From Vicugna vicugna (lineage: Eukaryota): 64,000 nucleotides of DNA. The notes beneath the pieces were generated by a model. That model ran no database searches, had not been told where the DNA came from, and saw nothing but the letters and a program-made list of their open reading frames with translations. Shown here piece by piece: positions 52,120 through 64,000 of this stretch (positions within the stretch are counted from its first letter, which is position 1; every line of letters starts with the position of its first letter). The position numbers and the translations under genes are program-made. The stretch is taken from positions 310,001-374,000 of the forward strand of contig MU057880.1 of NCBI GenBank assembly GCA_013265495.1. Direction: 5' to 3'.

Positions 52120-52600
52120 GAGCGTTTAATTTTCGGCCCTTGAACGCGGCAAAGGCAGCCTGCCTGGAGGCTGGGCTGGCTGTCCTGGCCTCTGAAGTTG
52201 GGTCAATGGCGTCTTAACCCAGCAGAGCGTTTCTCCCCTCGGGTCTCTTCCATTCTCTTCTCCCCGAGCCCCACAGACCACATGCAGAACCCCAGAGTTG
52301 GCCCCGAGGTTTTCCCCTTTTACCCAGCGAAAAACGTCGTTTCTGAGAAGCGCCTTTTCTGTTTCCCAGTTTGGGGTTAACGACTGATCCCAAGTGAGCG
52401 CGGCGTGTGTCTGGAGAGCATCCTGAGTCCGGCCGGAGAACGCGCCCGCCTCCCACTCGCTATCTGGTTGTCGGGTGACCTCTGCTGGTCACTAGGAGAC
52501 ATTGCCGCCTCCGCTCATTCCGTCCGCGTTTAATTCCAGTCATCAGACTGTAACGGCCAGTCTCCACGATTCAATTCACCTTTGCTTAGTCGTGATCGCT
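52120..52600. promoter_or_regulatory. Small CpG-rich, promoter-like segment
   Basis: About 20 CpGs counted by eye in 52380-52600, in apparently unique sequence; GC-box-like cccgcctccc at 52445-52454. Confidence 0.5.
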
Positions 52601-53012
52601 TCTATGAATACCTGTTGTGCATTAAATGTCATTTTCATTGCATTAAACTCGGAGTTTTGGAAACCTCTCCCCAGAAAATCCACAGCAAAGGAAAACATCT
52701 TTATGCTACAGTCTGGGCTGGTGAGTCTTAATGATTCAGTGATCTCACGCTGACAGAGGAGATGACAATTTTTCTATTTCCTTGAAAAATAACTAGTCGG
52801 CAACTAACAAGGGGATGGCCACGTTTTGAAGCCCAGCTGGCAGCACGAAACAACATTTGCTTAACTCCTCAGCCCAGTGCCTCCATTGATTGAACATCCA
52901 TAGCTACCCAGCCATAGCACAAGGTAATCTATGGCTCACACAGCCAGAAAGATGGTAAGTAAGGAGAAAAACACCCCAGCGTTTTAGAAATCAACAGCCT
53001 AGCCTCCCTGGA

Positions 53013-53015
<3 letters not shown>

Positions 53016-53059
<44 letters not shown>

Positions 53060-53084
53060 ATAGTGTGTGTGTGTGTGTGTGTGT
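53016..53084. repeat. Interrupted microsatellite (GT)20-atgtata-(GT)11
   Basis: Directly visible. Confidence 0.97.
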
Positions 53085-53582
53085 TTAAAGCTATAGGCGT
53101 TTGTCTATTGAATAATTTTACGTTTAGTGCGCCTACTATGTATAAGGCTGGATACAGGGTAGGAAAGAGAATGACTAGGTAATAAATAGGAAACAGAATA
53201 CAGTCATAGCTCAACTGCAGCAATATTAAATCTATATATTTTGAGCCTCTTCCCTGTTCATATGTGTTAAATAATTTATTTCAGTGGACCTCTGTGTCTT
53301 CCATGGAGGTTCTCATCTGTCATACAGAGTAAAATAGTAACATATACTTAATTCTCTTAGTGTTATAATGACTGGCAACCCTCACCCGCCAATAATTCCC
53401 TGTAAACAAAGCTATACCTTTCAAAAGACTGTACTGTATTCACTTATGGAAAATAATCAAGGCTCACTCACATTAGCCAGTGCTGAGATGGGCAAACTTC
53501 AGCTCAGCCAATGATGTGGTTCCTTCAGTCTCTTCAGAGAGAAGACATGAAGGGTCATTTTCAGTGGTCTCAGAGATCAGCT

Positions 53583-54050
53583 TGATGGAACCCAGGTCCT
53601 TGCACTCTATCAATAGAAATTGATAAAAGCCCAGAGGAGAAATTCAGGCAAGGCTTTACTGGGACTGCAGCATGAGGGAATGAAAACAAGTAACAGGTGC
53701 TCTTGCTCACTCCCCAGGTGGAGGGTGAGCTGGTCCCTTAAATGGGGAGAGGAAGGGGCAGGTCCAGGTTTGGAGCTGGAGGAGTGGCTTGGGGGTTCTG
53801 CCCACCCCCTTGGTGGTGCTGTGTGCAGGGGTCACACGCAGTTTCCTGCTCTCGTTCCTAGCACGTCACAGATGGCAGCTGGGTATGTGATCTTTTTGTA
53901 TCTTGTAGTTCATATTTTGCCCCAGCTGCCAGTGGGTGCAGTTATTTTTAGTCCTTTATAGTTTCTTTGTATTCTGTTGCTCAAGAAACATTTGTCCAGG
54001 TGCAAGCACTGTAGCAAAGGGTCCCAGGTCCCAGTTCCCAGCCTGTCTCA
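53583..54050 (-). mobile_element. Solo LTR (468 bp)
   Basis: TG...CA termini; 4-bp TSD agct/aact with one mismatch; minus strand begins tgagacagg, as does the 42520 LTR. Confidence 0.8.
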
Positions 54051-55559
54051 AACTCAAGAAGAAAATTCAGGTTTTCTTCTTGAAGAAACGAAGAATTGGG
54101 TACTTATTGGCAATATGAATGTGTATGCAAGTGTGTGTGTACAAATGTTCCATACATTCAACAAATACTGATAAATAAAAGTCCAAACCCTAACATGAAT
54201 GGGAGAATCACACTGCTAACAACTAAGTTTATGGAATTTAAATGCCTGTTATCTTGTGATTTTGCTCTGTTACATTTTAGGCACATACACCTTCCTTTCT
54301 TTAGACTTTGCAAACCAAGCTATTATTTATTCTATTTAATTCATACTTTCTCTCGAAAAGTCAATCCTCCGTAGACCCTGAAATACTTTTGTTATGTGCG
54401 GGGTTTTTTTCCCTCTGAATTCTCATCTCTGTTTGCTTTCATCTTCCTGGCAGTGGAAATGCCTCAAACTGAATACAACATCCCAGGCTTTTTCAAAGGT
54501 CTTCATGACTTTCTAATAGTAAACACCTTGCCTAGGTTTTGAAAATCAGCCTGTTTAGAAAACAGCAAATTCACAGCCTTACCCGTTTGAAGTCTTGTCA
54601 CAGCTCTCCTTTTATTTTTATTTATTGGGATGCCTTTTTCTCTCTTGGGGGTCTTTCTGCTTTATGTGGTTCTTAGAACATCTTGACCCTTGCAAGTAGA
54701 TATTAATTTAGTTAAATATTTCTGCTTCTCTGTGTATTTTCTCTTGAAGTTTTCATTTTTTGGTTGCTATTCTTTCCTTTAACTATTCCTTTGTTCCATT
54801 TTCCAATACTTCAGTGACCTTTACACCTCTGAGGAAAGATCTGCACTGACTCCTTGTTTATTTATGGCCCCTTTCAGCAATGTTCTTTTTTTTTTTTCTT
54901 TTTTCCAAAGAGCTCAAATGCACAAGCAAGAGCTAAGATCATACTCAAAACACACTTCTGAGTTCTACAAAAGAATAACAGGAGAATAAAAATGGAGCAC
55001 TGTTTTAAGAATGTTAAAATACTCAGACTTGATTTAAGTTGTACATGATATGGTAGGTCATTCTGCATTTCAGGGAACTGGTGTGGTCTCTGGATGTATC
55101 TCTTTTTCCACCCAACTTGAGATTTGTTCAGTTTCACAAGAAGTGAATTCTCCAGATATTTCAGAACTTATCTTAATAAAAAAACAACCTGCTCAGCTGC
55201 TTCATGTTACAATGTTATAGTTTCTTTCTTGAGAGAATCACCTGAGAGCATCACCTGTATCCCACCTGCACACTCAGCTCAGCCTGGACAGTGGCTAAGC
55301 TTCCCTGCTGTTTTAAATCTTTGGCTTTTTTTTTCCCCTTCTGACTAAGGTATAAATATTTTCTAATCTTAGCTGTAGCCAGCCTTTACACAGTCTGGAT
55401 CACAAATCTGGATTCATTTTTAATGGAAAAGTATCTCATGGTTGTTGCCAACTGGACTGTCCTTTTATCTGGCACATGTCTGTGTAGATAAGATTCTGAA
55501 TCTGAGATCACCCACAGACCATCCCATGCTTTCAAATACCAGGCCAATGGAAAGGCATC

Positions 55560-55596
55560 TGACTCATATCCACCCAGTTCTGCAGATGACTCAGCA
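55560..55596 (+). promoter_or_regulatory. Candidate AP-1 plus ARE/MARE enhancer motif pair
   Basis: TGACTCA at 55560-55566 and ATGACTCAGCA at 55586-55596; motif match only. Confidence 0.4.
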
Positions 55597-55879
55597 TGGA
55601 CTCCGGTGATTATTTCCATTGCAATCTTCATGTCTTTACTGCCAGTTCCAAACATCGAGACAGAATCACAGATGTGCACAGGTAGGGTGGAGTTCAGTCC
55701 ACCCTCCTGACTGTATAAATAAAGGACTGAAGGGTAGCTAACGAGGTTACAGGACTTGTCCATGGTCACATAAGCTGGCCAATGACATAGCTAGAGAACT
55801 GGCAGTCTTTGTGAACTTACACATACATGTGCAGCCAGTGCTCAGGAAGCTGACTGCAGACCACAGACAGTCTGAGCCC

Positions 55880-56070
55880 TTCACAAATCTTGACTCTTTA
55901 AATTCTTAGAGCAGCCTTCTAGAGTACATACTCTCATTATCCCATTTCAAAGATGAGGAAACTGAGGTTCAACGGATTAAATTTTTTTTCAACATTACGT
56001 ACCTGTTAGGTGGCAGAGCAGGGATTGAAACTTACGAAGTCTGGCTCCCAAATCTGGTCTCTTGTCACTA
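55880..56070 (-). mobile_element. MIR SINE
   Basis: cattatcccatttcaaagatgaggaaactgaggttc ... ggtggcagagcagggattgaa..gtctggctcc. Confidence 0.8.
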
Positions 56071-56221
56071 TTTGTTCTCTTTCACGACTGTCAAAGTCAG
56101 TTACGTGCCATCAGGAAGAGCCTGTTCCTCTGCAGTCCCGCCCGAAATCTGGGAGGCTTATTCCTTCAACTGTGTTCTTTGTCTTCAATATTGCTTTGGT
56201 GATTCTGGGTCTTTCGTAGGT

Positions 56222-57125
56222 CCAAGGAAGACATACAAATGGTCAACAGGCACATGAAAAAAATGCTCAATTTCACTAATTGTTAGAGAAATGTAAATCA
56301 AAACCAGAATGACATATCACCTCACACCAGTCAGAATGGCCATCATTAAAAAGTCCACAAATGATAAATGCTGAAGAGGGTGTGGAGAAAAGGGAACCCT
56401 CCTACACTGCTGGTGGGAATGTATTTGGTGCAGCCATTATTGGAAAACAGTATGGAGATTCCTCAAAAAAACTGAAAATAGACTTATCCTGTGATCCAGC
56501 AATCCCACTCCTGGGCATATATCCAGAGGAAACCTGATTCGAAAAGATACATGCACCCCAATGTTCACAGCACTATTTACAATAGCCAAGACATGGAAAC
56601 AATATAAACGTCCATCGACAGATGACTGGATTAAGAAGCTGTGGTATATTTATACAATGGAATACTTCTCAGCCATAAAAAAGAATAAAATAATGCCATT
56701 TGCAGTGACATGGATGGAGCTGGAGATTATCATACTAAGTGAAGCAAGCCAGAAAGAGAAAGAAAAATACCATATATCACTTATATGTGGAATCTTTAAA
56801 AAAAAAAAAAGGACAGAAATGAACTTATTTACAAAACAGAAACAGACTCACAGACATAGAAAACAAACTTATGGTTACTGGGGGGGAAAGGAGGTGGGAA
56901 GGGATAAATTGGCAGGCTGGGATTTGCAGATACACACTACTATATATAAAATAGATAAACAAGAAGGTCCCATTGTACAGCACAAGGAACTATATTCAGC
57001 ACCTTGCAATAGCCTAAAAAGAATATGAAAAGGAATGTATATGTATATACATAAATGAACCACTATGAGGTACAGCAGAAATTAACATGACATTGTAAAC
57101 GGACTATACTTAAATGAAAAAAAAA
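56222..57125 (+). mobile_element. 5'-truncated L1 (ORF2 C-terminal region, 3'UTR)
   Basis: gaagacatacaaatggtcaacaggcacatgaaaaaatgctca...; ORF 56561-57028 begins with L1 ORF2 C-terminal residues; A tail at 57117. Confidence 0.95.
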
Positions 57126-58890
57126 GGGTACCTGTTCCAACTGACGCATAAATTACCTCAATAGTGGCTATGCCCTCCACCATCAATGAACACATCTTGG
57201 TTTCCAAAATGATCCTCATCCTGGAAACATAAACAATCTCTTTAATTATTCACCCATCAAGCCAAGGTATGCTTTATCCTGATGTGAACTCCTACAGAGG
57301 AAAAAATATAAAATCTCACTTCCTTACCTCAAGGGAACAAAAATTGAACCAGAAGGTTACGGCAGACTTTTGAAAATCACTGCAGTCTGCCTGCTCCGCT
57401 CACAGTATGTTCCTGTAATTTTCCTTCTGTCCCCCTAGTGGGATTTGAGCATTTCTAAGGCTGAGATGCAGAGTAAACACCTTTACCTTGGATAGCTTTG
57501 TTCTGTTTCCCCTGTTTGCCCGTGACTGCCTTTTTTTAATAAGAAGCTTTGGGATTGAGATATCACGCCAGGGCCCTGAGGCAAGGCACACAAGAGATGT
57601 AAATTGTGGTCCTCTGTCCTCCAGGGTCTGCCCTTGTCCAGCTCTCCTGGAAACTGTCACACAGGGGCTTCACACAAACCACGCCCCGTGGCCACTGGGA
57701 CCCCGAGAAGAATGACCTTATTATCAGCAGGTGAGAACGCAAGAAAACTCGAAAAGTCAGTGAGTTCATGCGCCAGGAGAGGGGGCTGCTAAAAAGCCCT
57801 TAGCACCTGGGATTTAAAGACCATCATCCACTCAGGTTTTTATTGTACCAGCAAGTACAGCTTCTGAGACATTTACTTCCAGTAACATAACAAGAAAAGC
57901 ACACCAGGGAAATATGTTTCTATGACTTACCTGTTGCCTTAATGAATGTTTGCTTGTAAGGGATGAGGAAAAAGACATTAGTATTGTCTTCCCCGAAGAG
58001 ACAACCCAACCATCTGACAAGAACATCGATTTACGTTGTGGGAGCATTTACTGGCTCTGAAAAATCGGAAGCGGTTGGAAGTGATTTTGAAGGGGTTGTG
58101 AGAAATACGGGGCAAAGACCCTGAAGGGTATTAAAGGAAGCAGATGTCAGGTGTGGAATCTGTCTCTGCTCGGCCACCCATAGAGTCAGAAAAGTCTGCA
58201 GATGTTTTATCTCCACGAAGCTGCAGATACCTCAGTGTCTTCAAGAGAAGAGGGCACGTTTCTAAACTTTTAAGTTGAAAATTCACCTCGCACATAAGAT
58301 GGAGGGTTTAGAGTACTGGGGAAAACCTGAAACCAGTTAAAATGGATTTATTCACTCATATAGGGGTGTCAGAGAGAAGTGGCAGGAGTGAGCTGCCTTT
58401 TTCAGGCATGTATGGCAATTACCTTCCTTGCTGTCACCCCATTACATGTTTGGATCTTTGTGTCAAATGTCTGGGTCGTCTGTAAATATGATTCAGGGTT
58501 TTCTTTTCTTTTCTTTTCTTTGCAGAGTGTCATTTATATTTAATTGGACATTTTCACCAAGGTGTCGTCTGCAGAGTGGAAACCATGCTCACACAAGGAA
58601 GCTGCCCAGGCTCACTGCACCAGGACAGACGTGGAATGGATGACCTAGGGGCCCAGCCCACAGGCTCTGTTTACCAGAGGATGCTGATTAGCAAAGCCTG
58701 TTGGACTAACTCCCTTCAGGTTGAGAAATGGACAGCCTGATGTATGACCTGGAGGTCAGAGAGAGGCCAAGAGAGATCTTGCAAGTCAGGGAAGAGGGGG
58801 CAGGGTCAGGACCATGAGAATGACCTTCGTCCCTTGGCTTTCCTGATCTTCATTGAAATACATGCAGCTCCTTAAAGTGAGCTTTATTTT

Positions 58891-59239
58891 TTTGTTGTTG
58901 AGTTATAGTCATTTTACAATGTTGTGTCAATTTCCAGTGTAGAGCACAATTTTTCAGTCATACATGAACATACATATATTCATTGTCGCATTCTTTTTCA
59001 CCGTGAGCTACCACAAGATCTTGTATACATTTCCCTGTGCTATACAGTATAATCTTGTTTATCTATTCTGCATATGCCTGTCAGTATCTACAAATTTCGA
59101 ACTCCCAGTCTGTCCCTTCCCACCTCCCTCCCCCCGGCAACCACAAGTTTGTATTCTCTGTCTGAGTCTGTTTCTGTTTTGAATTTATGTTCATTTGTCT
59201 TTTTCTTTCCTTCTTTCTTTCTTTTTTAGATTCCACATA
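58891..59239 (-). mobile_element. Young L1 3'UTR insertion (distinct subfamily)
   Basis: Perfect 18-bp TSD taaagtgagctttatttt (58873-58890 / 59240-59257); reverse 3'UTR ends at ttagattccacata. Confidence 0.92.
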
Positions 59240-60494
59240 TAAAGTGAGCTTTATTTTCTTAAATCTAGCCCACATCTCAGCTCCCTGCAACCCAAGCACC
59301 CACCTGAGCACAAGATGAAATAGATCAGAACATAGCCCTTAAATGGAACAGTCCTGGATGTCACATCTTGCTTGTTCTGATAACATCTCCACTCATCCAC
59401 AATTCCACTCAAGGTCAATATTTTTCCCCCATTTATCCCTCTGTATCTCTAACATATTGTTTCTTTTCTCTCTCTCTCTCTGTCATCTCTCCTCTTCTAT
59501 ACCTCTTACAATTCCATTTTCAAAGACAACCTCATGGACAGATCCATTCCTCCCCTTCTATTTCTCCTTTTTCTTCCAGTTCCATCCAGTTTTCCTAACT
59601 AGGTCTCCCATACTCAGCACTCCACCCTCACTCACGCACAGTTGTGGTGCACACTCCCATTAGACCCTAAGACTCAATAAATGTTTAGCTGAGGCAAGTA
59701 CTGGGTATTTCTAAAAGTTGGTTCTTTCAGTAAAGTCATGTTGGCTCAATGCTATTTTAAAAAGTGCTAGATTTGGTTTTGCACATTCAACACAATTTCA
59801 CAAATATTTATAGCCATGCTCTACCAATACGTTCAACAGGGAGCATCAAAATGGGTGAGACAAGACCCCAACCTCTAGTTGGCTTACAGTCTGGGAGAAG
59901 GAAAGCACACATGAGGGTACAATTACCACAGCAGGTGGCATGTGACTGCAGGGCTATGATGAGGTGGGCACGAGAGGGAATGAGGTTCAGCGGGAACTTT
60001 AGCTGCATCCGCGAGGAACAACCCCCCAAGGCATGTGCACAGACTTCGTGAGTCACAGCTGCAGTGACCCCTTCGTCATAGCATATAGTAAGGCAGGCGT
60101 TGGACTTGACCCTTGAGGAGGGCACAAAGAAGAGTTTCAGCAGTGCTTCTAAAATACCCGTGACTGAGCCAAGGGCAAGTTTCAGAACCAGGAATTACAA
60201 TCTTTGGCCTCAGTCATTTTTCTGTCTGTTCCATGCTCCTCTTATTCATCTTTTGAAATAAAACTGCCTTAGTTCTCAGTTTCCTTGACTTTCAACTTCA
60301 CAACTGGCTTCCTGAATCCACCGCAGGACCCTTGTCAGCCTGCCATCCTACCTTGCCTGTATTCCAAGTCCACTTTCCCCAAGTGTCTTGTTTCACCATC
60401 TTTTAACCATGTGTTGGGCGGTGTAATTATCTACTCAAATAGTCTACAGGGAAGTGCGAATGACAAATGACAGCTTCACCCTCCCGAGGGCATT

Positions 60495-60602
60495 TTATTT
60501 TTTCTAATTTTATTCAGGAATAATTGACCTATAGAATTGTACATATTTAAAGTGTACGATGTGTTGATTTGATGTACATAGATATCATGGAATGATTACC
60601 AA
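60495..60602 (-). mobile_element. L1MA-like 3' terminal fragment
   Basis: ttttattcaggaataattgac..aattgtacatatttaaagtgtac..ggaatgattacca. Confidence 0.65.
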
Positions 60603-60721
60603 GGGTATTTGATTTTTTTAAGGGCAACTCAATTAAATCAAAAATTTCAAATTGATAGAATGGATTTTTAAAACGTAGACCTTCAGTTATTCCCTATTTG
60701 TTTTATTTCATTTCTCCCTGT

Positions 60722-61105
60722 TCACCATCATCAACACCACCATCATCACCATCAACCCACCACCTCTGTCACCACCACTATCAATACCTCCATCACCACC
60801 ACTATCAATACCACCACCACTTCCATCACCATCACCCCACCACCTCCATCACCACCACCATTACCATAACCATCACCACCTCTACCACCTCCTCCAGCAT
60901 CACCACCACCTCCACCACCTCCATCACCTCCATCCTCACCACCATCACCACCACCAACACTACCATCACCCCACTACCTCCATCACCTCCATCACCATCA
61001 CAACCACCATCACCACCACCGTCACCCCACCACTTCCATCAACACCATCTCTCCACCATCACCCACACCATCAGCCCTCCGTCACTCCATCCCATCCCAC
61101 ACACA
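60722..61105. repeat. Degenerate (CAC/CAT)n trinucleotide low-complexity tract
   Basis: About 380 bp of caccac/catcac units. Confidence 0.95.
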
Positions 61106-61270
61106 CAATCTCTGTGATAAAGATACAAGGAGAATCTCCACCCTCATTTGAAGAAACTGGCTTCCAGCCCTAAAAAGAGGCAGTAAAAAATATGATTAAA
61201 TGTAACTAATGTAAGGTAAGCTTGCATGCCATTTCTAAGTATAAATGGAAATTAAACATAACTAGACTTT

Positions 61271-61833
61271 TGTGATCTCCTATTTGCTAGATAACTAATT
61301 ACCTCAAAATTCAGTTGTTTAAAACAATAAACATGTATTATCTCGCAGTTTCTGTGGGCCAGAAATTCAAGAGTAACTTAGCTAGGTTGTTCTGACTTAG
61401 GGCTTCTCCTGTGGTTTCATTCAAGTTGTCACCTGGTGCTACAGTCATCTGGAATTATCAGAAAGCTTGACCAAAAATAGGTTTGATAGAGGCCGATGCT
61501 CACTTCCGTGGCTAGTAGACCAGTGCTAGCTGTTGGCAGGAGGCTTCAGCTCCTCACACAAGGACTTTGCAGTAGGGTCTCTCAGGTGTCCTGATACCAC
61601 TGTGGCTGGCTTCCCTTTGGATGAGTAACCCAAGCAGAAGCAAAGCAGAGGCAGTAAAGTCTCTTATGACCTGGACTTGGAAGTCATTCACCATAATTCC
61701 TGTTACATTTTCTTGTTGAAGAGTAAGTCACTAAGTCCGTTCATATTCAGATTTGGAGAGTGGAAGCGTTGCACTTTACCTTTAATAAGGAGGCCTATCG
61801 GAGAACTTGCAGGCTTATTTCGAAGCCACCACA
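61271..61833 (-). mobile_element. MLT1 (F/G-like) MaLR LTR
   Basis: ttgtttaaaacaataaacatgtattatctcgcagtttctgtgggccagaaattcaagag ... gctgttggcaggaggcttcag ... agccaccaca. Confidence 0.8.
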
Positions 61834-63299
61834 TCTCCCATACCCACTTTCAAAGTCTCTCCCTAAACCTGTTTACTAATATGCTCTTTTGAGTAAATGT
61901 TAAGCACGTATTTTTAAAACACTAAGTTCCTAGATCTTAAGTATTCCCATAAGCAATATATGGTTTTCAGAGCTTGGCTGCTAATTACTTCTTCCAATTT
62001 TCCATAAGCCTTCTCCATTCCAAGTTACATAGTGTTGTTGAAAAATAAATCTTCTGAGTAATTTGGGGTTCAATTATACAGCATAGCAGCTCCTGAATTA
62101 ACATCTACAAAATCAATTTTAATTCATTCATACATGGCTCAGAAAATATTTTATGAGGTACTGGATCAAACATCTGTTCTATTTCTTCGGACTACTACTC
62201 CAGTAGTTGAATTATATTTAGAAAAGCAATCAAATTAGTTTCGTGTAATTATAAACTGTTGATTTGTTCATATTTCATGTCCTTTACAACACTTGAGTAC
62301 GCATGGTTGTTTTTCCTACAAATCACTCGTTCCATTATCTTTCTAGAAGCTAAAGCAATCTTACTTACCCAAGTGACTTGCTTCTCAATTAAAATCTGTT
62401 TCTTAAAAACAATGACAAACAGAGAGTGTTTGTCTTATTGTTCCAGAACTGAAGGTATAGTTCTCTTCTGGTTGATTGAATTTCACTGCTGAGAAACAAT
62501 GGTCGGTATCCTCAGAAATGTTAATTTAAGTAAAGCCAAGAGTCCACCAAGCAAGCATCGTGGAAATAAAGAGAAATCACTGCTTCCCTCTCTCCAAGTC
62601 TGCAAGTGGGTTAACATAACAGCAAAGGTCAAAGGGTCAGTGTATTGAATTACATTAGACCATCTTCTATTTCAGTGGAAAAGTAATCAGAACAGATTTT
62701 TAATTCATTTACTCATTTAAAAAACATTTGTTATATTTAGCTAGACTGAGACTTTAAATGCCCTAAACTCTGAAAAGGTTATGGTTATCATACTTTTCTC
62801 AAAATAAAACTAGGACTCAGGTCCAATATAGCTAAGTAAGTTCTTGCGGATATCCTGCAGGTATCAGTTACAAAATGTGGGCAAGATAAAATAAAATAGC
62901 CTGATGACACTGGAAAGGAAGAAAAAAGCAGGCAAATTTTGGAGGGAAGACAACAATTGGAAGAGGAACTGGTCACAATTACATTTTTTTATGATTCTTA
63001 ACTCCCAAGCAGGATGAAAATGGCACCAGGTAAAGTGACTAAAACTTTGACATAAAATCTCACCTGTTTCTGGCCAGAAGAAAAAGACAGAGTTCATGAC
63101 AAACAGATACTAGAAAATAAGGGGGTAGATTTCTTGAAAGAGAAAGAGAGAGCGTGAATACCATGTTATGCACACAATTTCTGCCACAGTCTCTTGTTGC
63201 CCCATGAATACAGGCATGAAGCAGAATTAAAGCAGAGAAGCTAAATTAAAAGAATCAAAATATGATTTGAACTGCCACCTAAAAGAGGGTTTTGAGTCA

Positions 63300-64000
63300 A
63301 AGACAGTAAATTACCTGATAAAATTTTTGTAGCAGGAATATAGCAGAATTGACAGTTTCTACAAAATAATTTTTACAAAGCCTAGGATAAAACCAAAATT
63401 ACACAGTAGACAAATAAATATAGATCCATTTTTTAAAGAAAAGACAGGCTACTAAGATCATTGGTGAGATAACCTAGATATTGTGATTAGCAGACAAGAG
63501 TTCTAAAATAGCTAACTAAGCTATTTTACAACTAAGCTCAAGGAAGTTAAGGAAAATATGCTTACAGTGAATGAAAAGATAGGAAATCTGAACAAAGAAA
63601 TATAAGCAATAAAAAATAACACAAATGGACATTCTAAACAAAAAAATACAATTCCTGAAATTATAAATTTACTATATTGGCTTAACAACAGAATGGAAAT
63701 GATGGACAAAGGAGTCAGGAACTTGAAGATAGACAATATACATATGTAGAACACTGAGAAAAAAAATTAGGAAAAAAAAAAAAAAACAGACCTTCAAGGA
63801 CCTAAGGACAACAATCAATGTCAAACAGACATGAATAAAATTCAAGAAGAAGAGGTCAGAGAGTGTGAGACATACAGCTCATTTGAAAAAACAATGACTC
63901 AAAACTTCCCAAATTTGATGAAAGACATAAACACTCATATTCAGAAAGCTCAGTAAACGTAAGCAAGAGATAAACAAAGAAAACCCTGCCCAGGCACATC
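63300..64000 (+). mobile_element. Old L1M 5'/ORF1 region, degenerate, runs off the window
   Basis: attagcagacaagag..taaaatagcta ... ggaacttgaagatagacaata ... aaaacttcccaaatttgatgaaagacataaac..catattcagaaagctca; start approximate. Confidence 0.8.

Noticed and set aside
56561..57028. 155-aa ORF (and 45275-45538) as host genes
   Set aside because: These are L1 ORF2 C-terminal remnants in 5'-truncated elements without a promoter.
60698..61117. His/Thr/Pro-rich 139-aa ORF
   Set aside because: By-product of a stop-free trinucleotide repeat, with a TTG start.

Overview
Mammalian non-coding DNA, most likely camelid (Camelus/Lama/Vicugna). The species inference rests on six copies of a tRNA-Ala(AGC)-derived SINE resembling the camelid Vic-1 family. 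I can support no intact protein-coding gene, RNA gene or CRISPR array; the ORF track is noise or decayed L1/ERVL sequence. Much of the window is transposon-derived: an ancient ERVL provirus (LTR16/ERV3-16A3-like, ~4.6-10.1 kb) with nested younger insertions, eight ~420-580 bp solo LTRs (most with 4-bp TSDs, three from one family), many L1 3' ends, MaLR (MLT1) and MLT2 LTRs, MIR, L2 and a MER102-like element. The most striking structure is a 2,301-bp head-to-tail duplication (30974-33274 / 33275-35575) that looks identical by eye except at the junction; it is either a very recent CNV or an assembly artefact. Candidate regulatory elements in unique sequence are a small CpG-rich promoter-like patch (~52.1-52.6 kb) with a strong splice donor at 52955, a GAS+CRE composite at 51.0 kb, an AP-1/ARE pair at 55.6 kb and a SOX inverted dimer at 23.1 kb. 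I found no convincing novel biological system. Repeat family names are from memory of consensus sequences, not from a database search.
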